This document shows, piece after piece, positions 21,949 to 34,295 of a stretch of 64,000 nt of DNA; position 1 is the first letter of the stretch, and each line of letters opens with the position of its first letter. This DNA comes from Puccinia triticina (Eukaryota). The stretch covers positions 4,402,001-4,466,000 of the forward strand of contig CP110440.1 of NCBI GenBank assembly GCA_026914245.1. The letters are read 5' to 3'. The notes below the pieces were generated by a model. It saw only the letters and a list, made by a program, of their open reading frames with translations. It was not told the DNA's origin and made no database searches. A program made the translations under genes and the position numbers.

Positions 21949-24900
21949 CCATCGCCCACACTGTTCACCGTAAGCTCAGCGACACTCTCTACAAAGAAAT
22001 GGAAAGACTTGGCGAGGCCGGATTGCGACTGGCACAAATACTTGAATGCCTCAAGAAGCTGCACCCTGACAAGACAATCCTGGCCATAATTGATACAATT
22101 TACTCAGCACAAAAGCGGGCTGCACAAGAGATGTTGCAAGGAATCAGTCCCATCATTCACCTGAATGAAATTCTGGCTGGAACCAATTTTACAACAATGA
22201 CAAAGTTCAACAAATCTGGCGAGCTCAAGGGCCTTTTTTTCTGTCATTCCCTCTCTGTGAAGCTTCTCCATCAGTACCATTTGATCCTTTTCCTTGACTG
22301 TACGTACAAGACGAATAAGTATTGGATGCCTCTCCTCCACATCACTGGTGTCACTGGAGCCAACAAGTCTTTCAGTTTGGCATTCTGCTTTCTTGCCAAA
22401 GAGACACAAGATTATTACGACTGGGCGCTCAAATCCCTCCTGACAGTTTTCACCTCGAACAAGATTCCCCTTCCTGCTGTTGTTCTGACCGACCAAGAAG
22501 AAGCTCTCATCTCCTCTCTCCAGTCCAATTTTCCCAATTTGACCCACATGCTTTGCACTTGGCACATACAGAAGAACTTGGTCTCCAATGGCGCGAAACA
22601 CATCAAGAACAAGGCAAAGGAGTTTGAAATGCTTCAACACTGGAGCAACTTAATCAAGATGACTAGTCCAGGCGATTTCCGTTCAAGCTTCAGTCGGTTT
22701 TGCGCGAAATACGGCAAAGGTTTTGGAGATTATATGATTGAGACATGGCTTCCAGTGTGTGAAAAGTATGCTAACGCTTGGACAAAGGATATACCTCATT
22801 TCAACCATTGGACAACGTCTTGAATTGAATCATTGCATGCTTTCATCAAATCTTATCTCCTGGGCCCCAACAATTCTTTTGCCGCTGTCATCAAGTTAAT
22901 CACGAATGCGCTTGAAGCTCAATCCCACAAAATCTCCGCGGTGCATCACAAGGAGAAGATTAGAAGCCTTTGATCAATAGGGAAGATTTTCTTGCTCTGT
23001 CACGGCCGGATCACCCACTTTGCTCTCCGGAAGGCACAGTATAATCTGAGAGCAAGTGTTGACCTGGAGAATTGGCACAGGTGCAACGGGTGTTACGAAA
23101 ACCGGATGGGAATTCCTTGTAAGCATACACTCTGGCAGTGCGCAATGGATGGTGAGAAGATACTTCCCAAGGATTTTCATGTCCAGTGGCACATGAAGGT
23201 AAGATCTGGGTTTTTTTTATCTTTTTGTCATGTGGGGGGGCCTTGGATGGCCGGTTTTTGTGGACGACTCCTGTTTCTCGGCGGACAACTCCCATTTTTC
23301 TCCAACGACTCCTGTTTACCCCCGCGCGCCCCAGGGACAGGAACGACTCCCATTTTCCGTCCGTGCGGCATGCCAATTGGGATAACGACTCCCAAATTGC
23401 CGATCCGCGGATCCTTGATTGGAAGAACAACTCCCGCCAGCTCCCATTTGTCCAGCCATTGCCACCGCCCCTCTGCCACACCTCCCTCCAATTTTTAACC
23501 TCCCCTGCGCCATTCCCTTAATAACTAGAGTCTTTTCATTCCCTCCAGGATCTTCATGCTCTTGACACCAACACTGATCTTATCAAGCAAGTCGACCGGA
23601 TCCGCAAAAGGCTTCTGCAGATGAATCCCACGCAGATGGCGGCCCAGTTACAAGCTATCAACAGCCTATTGGAAGGCTCTGGAACCGTCGTGACGATCCA
23701 GGAACCAACACAAGCTCAGGCCACCCGTGGACGTCCAAAAGGCGTGCCAAACAAACCAAAAACTACAAAAAGGGACCCCTCCGCCTTCGAACACGTTGAA
23801 AATAAAAGGAAGAATGAAGAAGGAGTGATGATGAAGTCCAAGAAACAGAAGCTAGCGGAAACCAGAAAAGCGGAGAAGGAAGAAATGAAACAAATGAAGA
23901 AAGAAGAGAAGGAGCAACAAAAAAGGAAGAAAGAAGAGGAGAAGAAGAAGAAGGAACCAGCACCCAAGAAGAGGAAACTCCCGGCCCAAAAGTCAAAGAC
24001 TGCCAAGAATGTCGCTCAGTCTCCTTCTCTGTCGCCGTCTCCATCACCATCACCCTCCTCACCTGCGCTTCCTCCTCCTCTGCCGCCGAAAGCCCAAGTC
24101 CTGACAAAGCGCTTCGAACCGGTCTGCGTTGCACCTAAGAAGCCAGCTTCCCCTTCCCCTCCTGTGAACTCCGCCTTGTCTGCCGCCGCCCCTCCGCTGC
24201 AACGTCCGTCCCGCGCCGCTGGGAAGATGCGAGCTCCGCCTTCCCCTTCCCCTCCTTTGCAATCAACCTTGTCTGACCCCGCGCCTCCGCAGCAACGTCC
24301 GACCCGCGCCACCGCTAAGAAGTCAGCTCCACCTTCCCCTCCTGCTCAATCAACCTTGTCTGCCCCCGCCCCTCCGCCAAAATCGAGCTGGGTACCTCCT
24401 CCGTGAGCCGCGCGAGCCACGCGAGTCCCTCCACCGCCAAAAGCTCCAGTCCCTCCACCACCAACAGCACCAGTCCCCCCACCACCATCCAAAGAACCAG
24501 TCAACCGACCGAATTGGCTCAATCAACTCCCAGTCATCATCAGGACCTCGGTCAAGCGGATACTTGATGTTGAGTCAGATGGCCATTGTGGATTTTGTGC
24601 GGTGGCATGGTGCTTGGGGAATGGTCAGGGCGCTTGGAGTGCAGTCCGAGAAGCTCTAGCCAACGAAATCAGCAAACGAGGCGAGTGGTATGTGAAGTTG
24701 GGACATTTTCACAACATCAAGTCAACTCTGGCCAGAATAAACTTCTCCAGTACCAAAGGTTGCGGTATGGCTCATTGGATGGCGATGCCCTCCTCCGGCA
24801 AAGCACTGGCCAACACTTTCCAACGGCCAGTTTTTTATTTCACTGAAGAGTGGTCTCAAACTTTCCTTCCCTCCTTCTGCCCTCCTAACAAAAACCCCCC

Positions 24901-24950
24901 GATCTTCTTGGCTTTCATCCGGCGACTTGATCACTTTGTGGCCCTAATAC

Positions 24951-25368
24951 CAACGGTGGGTAGTTACTTTACTTTACAATATCTGCGGGATTTTTGTAAA
25001 GTAACTACCCGCCGTTACTTTTTGCGCCGTTACCGTTAGCAGTAACGCGCGAACAGCGGCATCACGCGTAACGTAACGGGCCTCTTTTTTTGAGGCCGTT
25101 ACCAGGAAATTAACGTGTCACCCAGCGGATAACACGTTATTGAGCAATAAAAGGCCAAATTGGTCCTATTTTGGCCTTTTATTGCTTGTTACCTTGCCCA
25201 ATATCTGTTGCTACGCGCTCAGATATAGTAACGGCCTTTGTGAAAAAAAAACTCTTGGTGTGATATCAATATCGCACTGCCGTTACTGGTAACAATAACA
25301 ATAACGGCCAAAAAATGTTACGTTATTGTTATGTTACGCGTTACTGTAGCAATAACTACCCACCGTTG
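24951..25368. mobile_element. MITE with CAACGGTGGG TIRs and a 7-bp TSD, inserted in the OTU-like domain
   Basis: TIRs CAACGGTGGGTAGTTA and TAACTACCCACCGTTG, with flanks CTAATAC/CTAGAAC. Excision restores HFVAL-ELSSPD. GTAAC/GTTAC motifs are abundant inside. Confidence 0.88.
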
Positions 25369-26780
25369 CTAGAACTATCCTCCCCTGACGTCTTCCCTTC
25401 CCCTTCCCTACAAAAGAGCTGGAAGCTAAATGCCAACCCAGACGCACGAGGTTGGGAGGCAAGATACTCTGATTTTTTTGCTCAAACAGGTGGAAGAAAG
25501 CTCCTCTTTCCTGATAAGAGTGGTAAATTTTACTAGTATTTCCATTTGTAGTTTTCATGTATTGGTGGTTGTTCTAGTCTTTTTTGAATAAATATTGTGA
25601 TTATTCCTCTCTAGTATTTTTTGAATAAACGCTGTTTATATTTTCTTGTCCTTATTATTTCTGGCAGCTCTGAGAGTTTGTGTCATCAAACATGAGGTAC
25701 AAATTGTGCGCTGGTAGGGAGCATGTCTATTGTGGAGCTGCACCCCTCATATCTCATATTCTGATGGCACACTAATGCCACAAACCTTATAGCGCAGAGG
25801 AGTTACAGTCTTGAAATATCCCTGAAAATTTTAGACTGTTTGGGTGTGTAACACAAAAGTTACACAGTTAGCAGTCATTTCCTACTGAGCATTCGGCACA
25901 CCCCTTATGTGTCATGTTCTGATGGAACAATAATGCCAGAAATTTTATATCACAGATTTTATGCAGTCTTAAGATATCCCTGAAATTTGTGGACATTTTG
26001 GGTGTGTAACGCAAAAGTTACACAGTCAGCAGTTATTTTCCTACTAATTTTGGTGCACATCCCTTATATCTCATTTTCTGATGGGACAATACTGCTAAAA
26101 CTCTCAGTATTGTCCTTTTATGTATGTTTCTCTGTGCTCTCAAATTTTCATGTCTCTAGTACGTGGAACAAAAAAAGTTATACATATTAAAAATAATAAA
26201 AAATAATACAAAAAATTAGTGGGGACAACTCCCAAACAAAATTTTTTTTGGGTTGACAACTCCCAAAAAAGCCGTCCCCAAAAAAAGGGTCTAGGTCGAC
26301 GTCGAGCGCTGGTCGAAAAATAGTCGCGCGGACGTATGGAAGTCGTTTTCCCAAAACTTGGGAGTTGTTTTTCCAAGACCCTTCAAATATTGTTTGTGCA
26401 ATATTCATTCTCTGGAAGCCAAAGACCAGTAGATTTTTTTTCCTTGAAAACCTTTGGGATAAACCTTGTTAATAAAAACAGGAATCATGGGGTACAAAAT
26501 TGAATCTATACTAAGAGGAAACTGCAGTAGTTGTGAGAATGAAATAGAAATATTAATGGAGCGGCACGTCCAATCCTTATCGTCATGAGGAAATTATCAC
26601 TTAAGAAGCCACAGGGTGATACATATGAAAGGTTCTGGTTGGTCTGAGGCTTTTGAGAGGAATGGTAAACTAGTAATACAGGGATTTCGCCGATCATCAA
26701 GTACAGGAAAAATGTGGTTGGAAGATCACCCGCGGCTAAAATCTGAAAAGAGATATCTTTGCCCCATTTTATAGTGTTGC

Positions 26781-28454
26781 TTAAGCCACAACAACCTGAC
26801 CATTCAGTTCAACAATCTGAACAACAATGACGAAATATGTTTGAAGCGTCGAACGTGAGATGCATTCGTATCGGACTGGTTGTCCATCCCAGAGCTTATC
26901 TAACCTAAAACAAAGACCATGAATTCATGACATAATGAGGATTCTGGAGAAACCAGTTGGTGAGATTTGCTTAGATGGTGGAATGTTTTCTGACCTGAAA
27001 GATAATTTGACGATCGGTATCTGCAGCCTTAGAGTGGAGTAGTCCACAAAACCATTGACAAACTCGACGTTAATCTACTGGTCAAAATTAGGGAATCACT
27101 CGATGAGCTACCAATTCATCTTCGAAAAGATGATCTATGAGCGGATAGCTTGCTCCGTGAGCTTGAATAGAACCAGGAAACTTACAAAATCCTTCAAAAA
27201 GAAAGAATCGGTTCCAAACAGGAGGCAACAATACCCATCAGTTGCAAACTTAGGAGAGCAAAAGTTTAGACAAGGTGAAAGGGTGGCTTACTCGAGGGCC
27301 TAACACACAAGACTGCCGGTTTTCAGCCGATGACAAGAATCGGCGTCTTTCACGTTTCGAGGTTATGGTGGCTAATTCTCCAACAACACTATTGCAGTCT
27401 TCGACTGGTCGAGTGCCCTCCCAATCGGGTAGTGGTGAATCATCCGATTCCAGTCGTCTAAACGAAAAAGGAGTCGGTTTTCTTGCCCAGAAGTAGTAGA
27501 TTAAAAAAGTGGAAATAACACCGACTCGGTTTTGACATGGTTCATCGTGGCCAACAGCGGTGACCTGTTTCGGACGAACAAAATCTCAATTAAGTACCTG
27601 GATAGGCTTGTAAGAAATGTGGTCCCGGAAAATTACCAAGCCCAGGGTTTGTCACTGTAAATGTCGTGCTGCGACCGAAGATAATTACCAGTCAGTTTAT
27701 CATTCTTGGATTGAGTTTGATAAGTGTGGTGGACTTTCGATTACCTCTAAAGAGGGATCGATGTAAGAGATGGCCTTTAACGCCACAGAAGTCCCATAAG
27801 GCAGTCGATCACGAATTGGCCTGTCAAAGCTGTTACCCCACATACAATCATCAGCGGTCGTTGGTTGAAGAAATCGACCTAAAGAAATCCAAGCGTCAAA
27901 ATGGAGAGGGTCAGCCTTGGCTAATAAGGAACGCCGATGTGAGTCTCCTAATCTGACCGCGACTTGCTGACCTTGTATTTGAATGCTGCAGGTCATCTCA
28001 TTCCACTTTTCGAAATACTTGTTCTCAGTCTCCTTGGAAAGACAACCGTCGGCTCCGAGGAAGTCTTTGATCCTAGGATGAGACAGGCAGATGGGCGTTG
28101 TCATTTCAGCTACTTGATTCCGACAAAATAAGTGCTGGATGACCCATATGTAGTAAGAAATTCCCGCATCTTCTTACCGCACAGTCAAGGCACCTGCAGC
28201 CAAAATGATGTTTTATGTCCATCATAAGTTTTGATGAGATCCCGGGGGTATTTTGGGGCGATCAGAGTTACAGTCAATTAGGAGGGCGGCCCACTGCTAG
28301 ACAACCTTCTAGAGATAAAATAGGCACCTTGGAAACGATCCGTGTGGATCCTAAACGGATCGGTCTTGTCCGCATTGACATTGACCGGAGAGAGTTCATC
28401 CGCCGAAGGGCCGGCCAAGACCTGGAACTTTGGGCAGGGATGGTCCAGTGCCAT
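26781..28454 (-). CDS. DUF1769-family protein, multi-exon host gene (about 8-9 short exons; 3' end approximate)
   Basis: Manual splicing gives MALDHPCPKFQVLAGPS..HTDRFQGALTVRIKDFLG..SIQIQGRF..ADDCMWGNSFDRPIRDRLPYG..IDPSLEHDIYSDKPWAWSPLLATMN..FVNGFVDY..LWDGQPVRY, which matches the fungal DUF1769 pattern as I recall it. Introns are GT-AG. Confidence 0.8.
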
Positions 28455-29823
28455 TCAAGTGTGTGTATGATTTTATCGCCGGGAATATAGCTGTTGTACT
28501 CTTAGGTCTGGTGCTACGGTCGTGAATGTTTATGGCGGAGGGATTCAAATTTCAAGGCGATGTCGGATATGACCGGACTGGGATTGGTCAGTGCAGCTGG
28601 GGGAAAAGTCGCCAGAGTTTCAGGTGGTTCAGGACACAGCCACTCCGATTTCGCAAAATCAACTTTCAGAGCGGAGAAGACTCAGGGTCGTATGTCAGGA
28701 AGCAAACCTTATAATAAATACACATTTAATCCAAGACAACCAGCGACCGTTGCCGGTTGGCCCAGCAAGCCACTGACATACCAATAATCCCGGGGCGAAT
28801 CGCTGTTAATCTTGTCTGCTCCACTCACTTGGCATCATGTCTGCCCTGCGAATGCTGCAGGAAAATGCGCACGATAGACTGGCCAGTCGTCAAGAGCCCA
28901 CTCGTACATAGCGCGGCCGACCTGTCTGCCTGGTAATTGGTTGTTATGTAGGTCAAACTGATCCGATTTAAATGCACTGCCAATTAAGAACCGAATGAAG
29001 ATAGTCGGCGTATCGGACCACCGCCGGCTCAAGAGAAGAGAAAGCAGATATTTCCAAATTTCCACAAACTCGACCGACCATTGGATGTGTTTGTGTACTT
29101 AGTCCTTCCCTCCCGGAATTTTGGCCTGCGTGACACACTCACTTGACTTTGGCCAAGCAATACTGGAGGACTTATGAATTAAACCTCGTTGCCGGTGAAA
29201 TTTTTTGTCAAGCAGGGGTTAACTTGAGAGTGTGCCACACAGGATGTGGCATGAAAACAGCAATACTTTTTTGGTCATAAGTTGGTGTGCCTCCACCGGC
29301 TTGCAATACCATGTGGTTAAAGATGCTCTGATAAATTCATGTTAAAGATAAGGTTGATCACAGCATTATTCCTCACTTAGCTGATTCCCTCTTCGCGGGA
29401 GTGAAGTGTTATGGATTGGGTTCTATTTCAGTATTAGCATATGTATTTAGATTATGGTTGTAGTTTTTTTCCTGTTTACTCTAAAAGCCTCCTCCCCTGG
29501 GTGCCAGTGAACTCTTTTTGACTCACTCTCTTTTGCCTTCTATTCACCGGCATCCCAGGTAAGCACCGTGTTGTTCTTCCAGTTATTCTTTTCTTTCTCT
29601 CTTTTCATTGTTTCCTTCAGTTATTTTCTATCTCTGTGATGACTGAAATCTTATACTCTCTTTTGCCTTCTATTCACTGGCATCCCAGAGCATAAGACAA
29701 AGGAGGTTCGGTACGGCGTCCCCCCTCCACATAGAGAGGGACTTGGTTAAGTTGGGCATTATTCCCTCTTCCAAAAGTAAATGCCAAATTTATTCAACTT
29801 ATTTGAATGGTTTAATTTATTGA

Positions 29824-29848
29824 CTAGAGGCCAAGGCGGCTTCGCCGC
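29824..29848 (-). mobile_element. Helitron-type 3' terminus (second, outer end)
   Basis: On -: hairpin GCGGC-GAA-GCCGC, 8 nt, CTAG, then T. Confidence 0.6.
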
Positions 29849-30944
29849 TGCAAACCCCATTACAGCAAGGGGCCACCAAGCTCAAATTCAAACCTGAAAA
29901 TTTCTCCATAGTATTTCTCCCACTTTTCAGTGGAGGAACACCTTTCAACAAAGCAATTTTACCAGGTATGTACAGGTTCCTATGAATTTTTTATAGCCAG
30001 AGGTCTGGGGGAGAAGCTTTGGCACCACCCTAAACACTTGATAGGGCACTGTACAACCATTGCATGATTTTTCAGAACAGCCTGGGGGAACTTGACAAAG
30101 ACCCATAAGTTTGAGAAAATCTAGCTTTGCTTTCTTCTTATTTGAAGTATGGATCACAAATAAGTCAGTTCAAAAGATTCAAGGGGACTCATTCAACATT
30201 CACCACAGTTCAACACATCTGAGAAAACTCAAAAAAAGAAAAAGAAAACCCAATCAGGACAGGCCTAATTTTGATTTTTCTTCTTCCCTCAGGATGCATG
30301 ACATTGCAGAAAAAAAAACCAACTAATCTCCAGCATCAGAAAAAATAAACTAAAATTTGCAGGTCAAAGGAGTCACAAATAACAAAATGTGGGGGAAGTG
30401 GGGGGAGGGGGAAAAGAAAGGCAGAATTCACTAACCAGAGCATCAGTGCAGTTCAAAACATAGCTAAGCTGCAATCAAATATATAGGTTGGTTGGCTGAG
30501 ACACAGTAGCCCCTGAGTTTAGAGAAGAACACAATTTTGTGCCCTTTTGTCCAACCTGAGCCAGGTCAGTTGCCCAACCACACAAGAGCAATGGTTTGAT
30601 TGAGTCATGCAACCCCTTTGAGCATCCCGAGCATCCCAGAGGTGCAGCCAAATGAATTCAGTGAGGCTGGGCTTGAAGGAATGTGAGATGTAGGATGGGA
30701 ACAACTTCAAGCTTTGGTGAAAGGGTGTTGATTTCAGTACACATGTGTAACTTTTTGTCCCAAAGAAAGTGCTGCGTCCAACATCCTTGCTTCAATTTCT
30801 TGGATGCTGATGCCAAGATGTTAGTCCAATCACTTCAGGCGCCGGGGCTGGTCCCCAGCAAAGACAGTCTTGGGCTCAACAGGCTGGAGTTCCTGTGCTT
30901 TTGGCGGAGATGATGAACTTAATGGACAAGGTCACATGTGCGTA

Positions 30945-31030
30945 GTGCAGCTCATGAATGATGTGGCAGGCGTTGACAACCAGCCTTGTCTCGGAATGGT
31001 TGATGAAGTACTTGACTGCTTTCGGCCTGA
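30945..31030 (-). pseudogene. Short fragment resembling a long-chain acyl-CoA synthetase
   Basis: Translates as PKAVKYFINHSETRLVV, similar to the GPEAVxYIINHAE segment of AMP-binding enzymes. It is very short. Confidence 0.3.
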
Positions 31031-32016
31031 AGGCTTCGGGGAGTGAGATGATGACAAGAAAAGGTTGCTCAAAAGCATCAAAAATCTAGCTTCTGGACAA
31101 CGCAATGCATGAAGTTGGCCTTCTCACTGATCTCCTAAGACGTGTGTTGATTGCTGAGGTACCTTCATAGCTGGACTTATCATGGTAAATGGGCTTGTTG
31201 TCACCAGAAATGGAATTGTCTTGTTAACAGTAAACAAGTCTTGAAAAAAAGGAATCACCTCAAGAGTGAGAGTCTCTTCAGGCAAAAAGTGAAGGATCCT
31301 TTTTGAACAAAGGGGTGGACTCAACATAGATCACAGATCTTCTTGACCTTGCTTCCAGTTATGCCCAAGCTCAACAATTCTGCAAGAAGAGCCTTGCAGT
31401 TCTTGATCAGCGCTTGCGCTTAATCTACAAAGCTAGGCGCGCTTAATGTACAAAGCTCGGCTTAGCCACCGCTATGGCCGCAATTTTGTGATTGTGTGGC
31501 CCGCCCTGGCAGCCCGCAAACACCGCCTTCTAGATTCAATCCTTGATTGTTTCATTTTTATCCTTTCAGAAACATATCATTCTTGACCGTGGTCATTGTC
31601 ACATTTTGTGTTTGTCTTTATCACCACATCATACTCCTCAAAGGGGTTGGTTTCCACTGGTTTGCCTATCAGTCCTGAGATATGGGCCATCTAGATTGTC
31701 AAACATCAAAATTTAACAAAAAAAAAAGCTGTCATATCAAGGGGTGGAACGTGCTAGACTGAAATCAATCATCAAGAAAACACTCTTGCAATCAGCAATA
31801 CTAGAGTACAAAGCGGCTGCGCCGCCGCAGCTGCCAGAGGCCCCCGGTCAACCGCAACCCCTACTCCCCCCCCCGCCAGTTACCCGCAACCACCGCCGGA
31901 ACCACAAGGCTCATACAGCCAGTTCTACTCACACCCGAAGCAACCGCCCGCAAGCCAACCGTCACCAGTCAATACACAGCGAAACCCAGCCGAACTTAAT
32001 ACCCGACTCACCGTTC

Positions 32017-32670
32017 TCAAGCGGGGCGAATCCTACTCCCTCCACGAAACTCAGCCACTTTATCCCAGCAACCTTCCGCATTCGCATACCCAATCACAAC
32101 AGGGAACTGATGACGTAAGTAGGCATTATCCTTATCGCTGATGTTGTCGCAATGTAACATCATTCGTCCAATGTTAAATGTCCTCCCAATTTTCCCCGGA
32201 CTTATTCCCCTCGCGATTACCACCCACTCGTCGACGTCCACGACCACCAACCTCGATCCTTTCTTCATGTATACCATTTCTTCTCCTGGCCGAATATGAG
32301 TACAATCCTTAGTCAATATTATTGGCATTCCGACTTTCAACTCAATCGTTATGTCCGGCCTAACTTTGTCGAGCAGGAGCGACTTGGGTATAGTACTCAT
32401 GATTGGTACGCCCTCAATTTCATCGACGAGCCGAGCCTCGCAAACAAACGTCTCGCTGCGATGCATATTCGACAATTTCGTGTTGATTGAAAGTCTTTCA
32501 TCATTGTTTTGAATAATAAGTGATCGGTTCGAAAAGTATTCAGCAGTATCCCCGTATAAGCGAGCCGCGACCAAAGCAAGATTGCCGTAAACGCGGTCAA
32601 TCCCGTCCGAATAATAACCTCTAGACCAAATGTCCAAAAGGTCATCGGGTCAATCGTTAAGACTTGGCAT
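32017..32670 (-). CDS. Stand-alone Pif1-helicase C-terminal-like (2B region) protein lacking ATPase motifs; one in-frame TGA near the start
   Basis: IELKVGMPIILTK..KGSRLVV..RHQFPVVIGYA aligns by eye with RepHel [31 protein letters not shown]. Confidence 0.6.
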
Positions 32671-33442
32671 CTTATTCTACCAATAGCAATATTATTTCAA
32701 TTAGTAATTCAACTTCTTAAGCATGTAACTCTCAATGTGACTCACATGATAAACACTACTATACTCAACTTTTAGACTTGACAACGTTTTCAACTTCCGC
32801 AATAATTTACGTTTGACGGAGAGACGAAGCGTGAGATCCAGACAAGCCCTTTCGACAGAGGAGCATCAATTCACAAGAAAGTATTATCGCCGCTTTACGC
32901 CCTGGCCAAAGCAGTAACTACCCCCTTCAACGGGCATCACCCGCTTCGCGACTCATGCACATTAGTCATGCATCCATTTTTAAGATGAAAATTCATAGCA
33001 ACATGCCGACAAGCCCCCAAAGCGCGTCTGATCGTTTCAATTTAGCTCTCATTTTGTCGCCGTGCTTCGGTCTGGTCTCTGCTTTCGCGATTAAGCTACT
33101 TACGCTTTCCATGAAACCCCAAACTCAAACCCGCTCCGATGTCTGACTCATAAACTCTTATCAGGGCCCACCACTACCACCCTTATTTAGAAGGACTCTC
33201 CGACACACACCGCACCATCATCGCACGTCCCTTGTTGCAAAAAATTAAACAAAATAGTCCGTCGATTCCACACTTCACTGAGGGCACGAGCTTGATCTTG
33301 AACATCATTCTTCTATGCTAACATATCCTGATTGTGCATATGCCTCCGATGAACAACGAAAAGACATAAAGTTTTTTTGCTTTTTCGCGCAAATCGTGCT
33401 ACGTTCAAGCCCTCATCCTGCCAACTCATCCTCGTTTTGTCG

Positions 33443-34295
33443 TCAGTCCTCGATAACAACCACTTCCCTGACTTGACAATTTGCATAATCTTGTGGCCAG
33501 CCCGCAAAGCCCGAGAAAACCTGAAATGTAAAAGTCAGCCTTGTTTAAACTACTTCATTCAACCCGACTTACCTTAACAACGAGAAGACCCAAACTTGCT
33601 GAAAAGTCTGCCAACTCTCCTTCAAGATCAACTTTTATACCCGGCTCTAAACGGACTGCGTCGCTGAGCCTCACCAACGATGGGTCGATGACGTACTTGA
33701 CATAAAATTCGCCATCCGGGAGTGCCTATATGGAAAAGTCAGTATCGTTTTCATCATCGTGTAAAAGGAACACTTACAAGTCCACGGTGCCCCACTATGA
33801 GTTCAAGTCGAATCAATGTATCATTCACTGTTTTCACGTGATTAATGCGTCTGATTGTCCCCGTTCCGTTAATCTTAAGTGGTTCCAACTTCAAAGTTGC
33901 ACGAGTGAAGCGTTTCCACCTGAGACCTTCAGAAACATACTCGAACTCTTGGTTTCCATATCAATCGACGACTCTGACACTTCCCTCAAGGTTGTAAAAT
34001 TCACCAGCCACCAGCCGCGGGACGCTAGTAGAAACTGGGTACAAGCTGACCAAGAGTTTGGGAATCATGTTTTCAACTGCCAACGTTAATGTCGCCGAAG
34101 ATCTGATTGCTTGAACCTCAAGTTCGGAACCTTCATAATCTCGCTTCTAAATTCAAGCTAACTGTCAATCATAATCAAAATGATCAAAAAAAAATCCAGG
34201 CTTACGGTAGAAATCGCCTTAAACTTTCCAGCGAAGCGTAAGTCTTGAGGTTCATTCAAATTATTCAACCACTCAACCAAACAAATCGAATCCAT
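33443..34295 (-). CDS. Helitron accessory gene B (multi-exon), paralog of 41335-42563
   Basis: Segments INGTGTIRR..RLELIV and FYVKYVI..GIKVDLEGELADF resemble ILGLGLVIK..RLEVIM and FKVKYVV..GRECEIAGVLVDF. GT-AG introns; ends are approximate. Confidence 0.5.

Larger units (their letters stand above)
20440..25536 (+). pseudogene. MULE transposase: FAR1-like N-domain, MULE DDE domain, SWIM finger, Lys/Pro-rich linker and OTU-like cysteine protease; disrupted
   Basis: Motifs GYGILVKRS..FKC, GCPF, FLDCTYKTNKYWMPL, VLTDQEEAL, LCTWHI, CNGCYENRMGIPCKH, GRPKG and ILDVESDGHCGFCAVA...DHFVAL. Stops occur at about 22821, 22971 and 24404, and there are two insertions. The start coordinate is approximate. 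Confidence 0.85.
20213..26381 (+). mobile_element. Mutator-like element (MULE), left end lost
   Basis: Contains the transposase gene, ~158-bp subterminal repeats (about 25740-26100), and a right terminus whose reverse complement begins GGGTCTTGGAAAAACAACTCCC. Confidence 0.75.
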
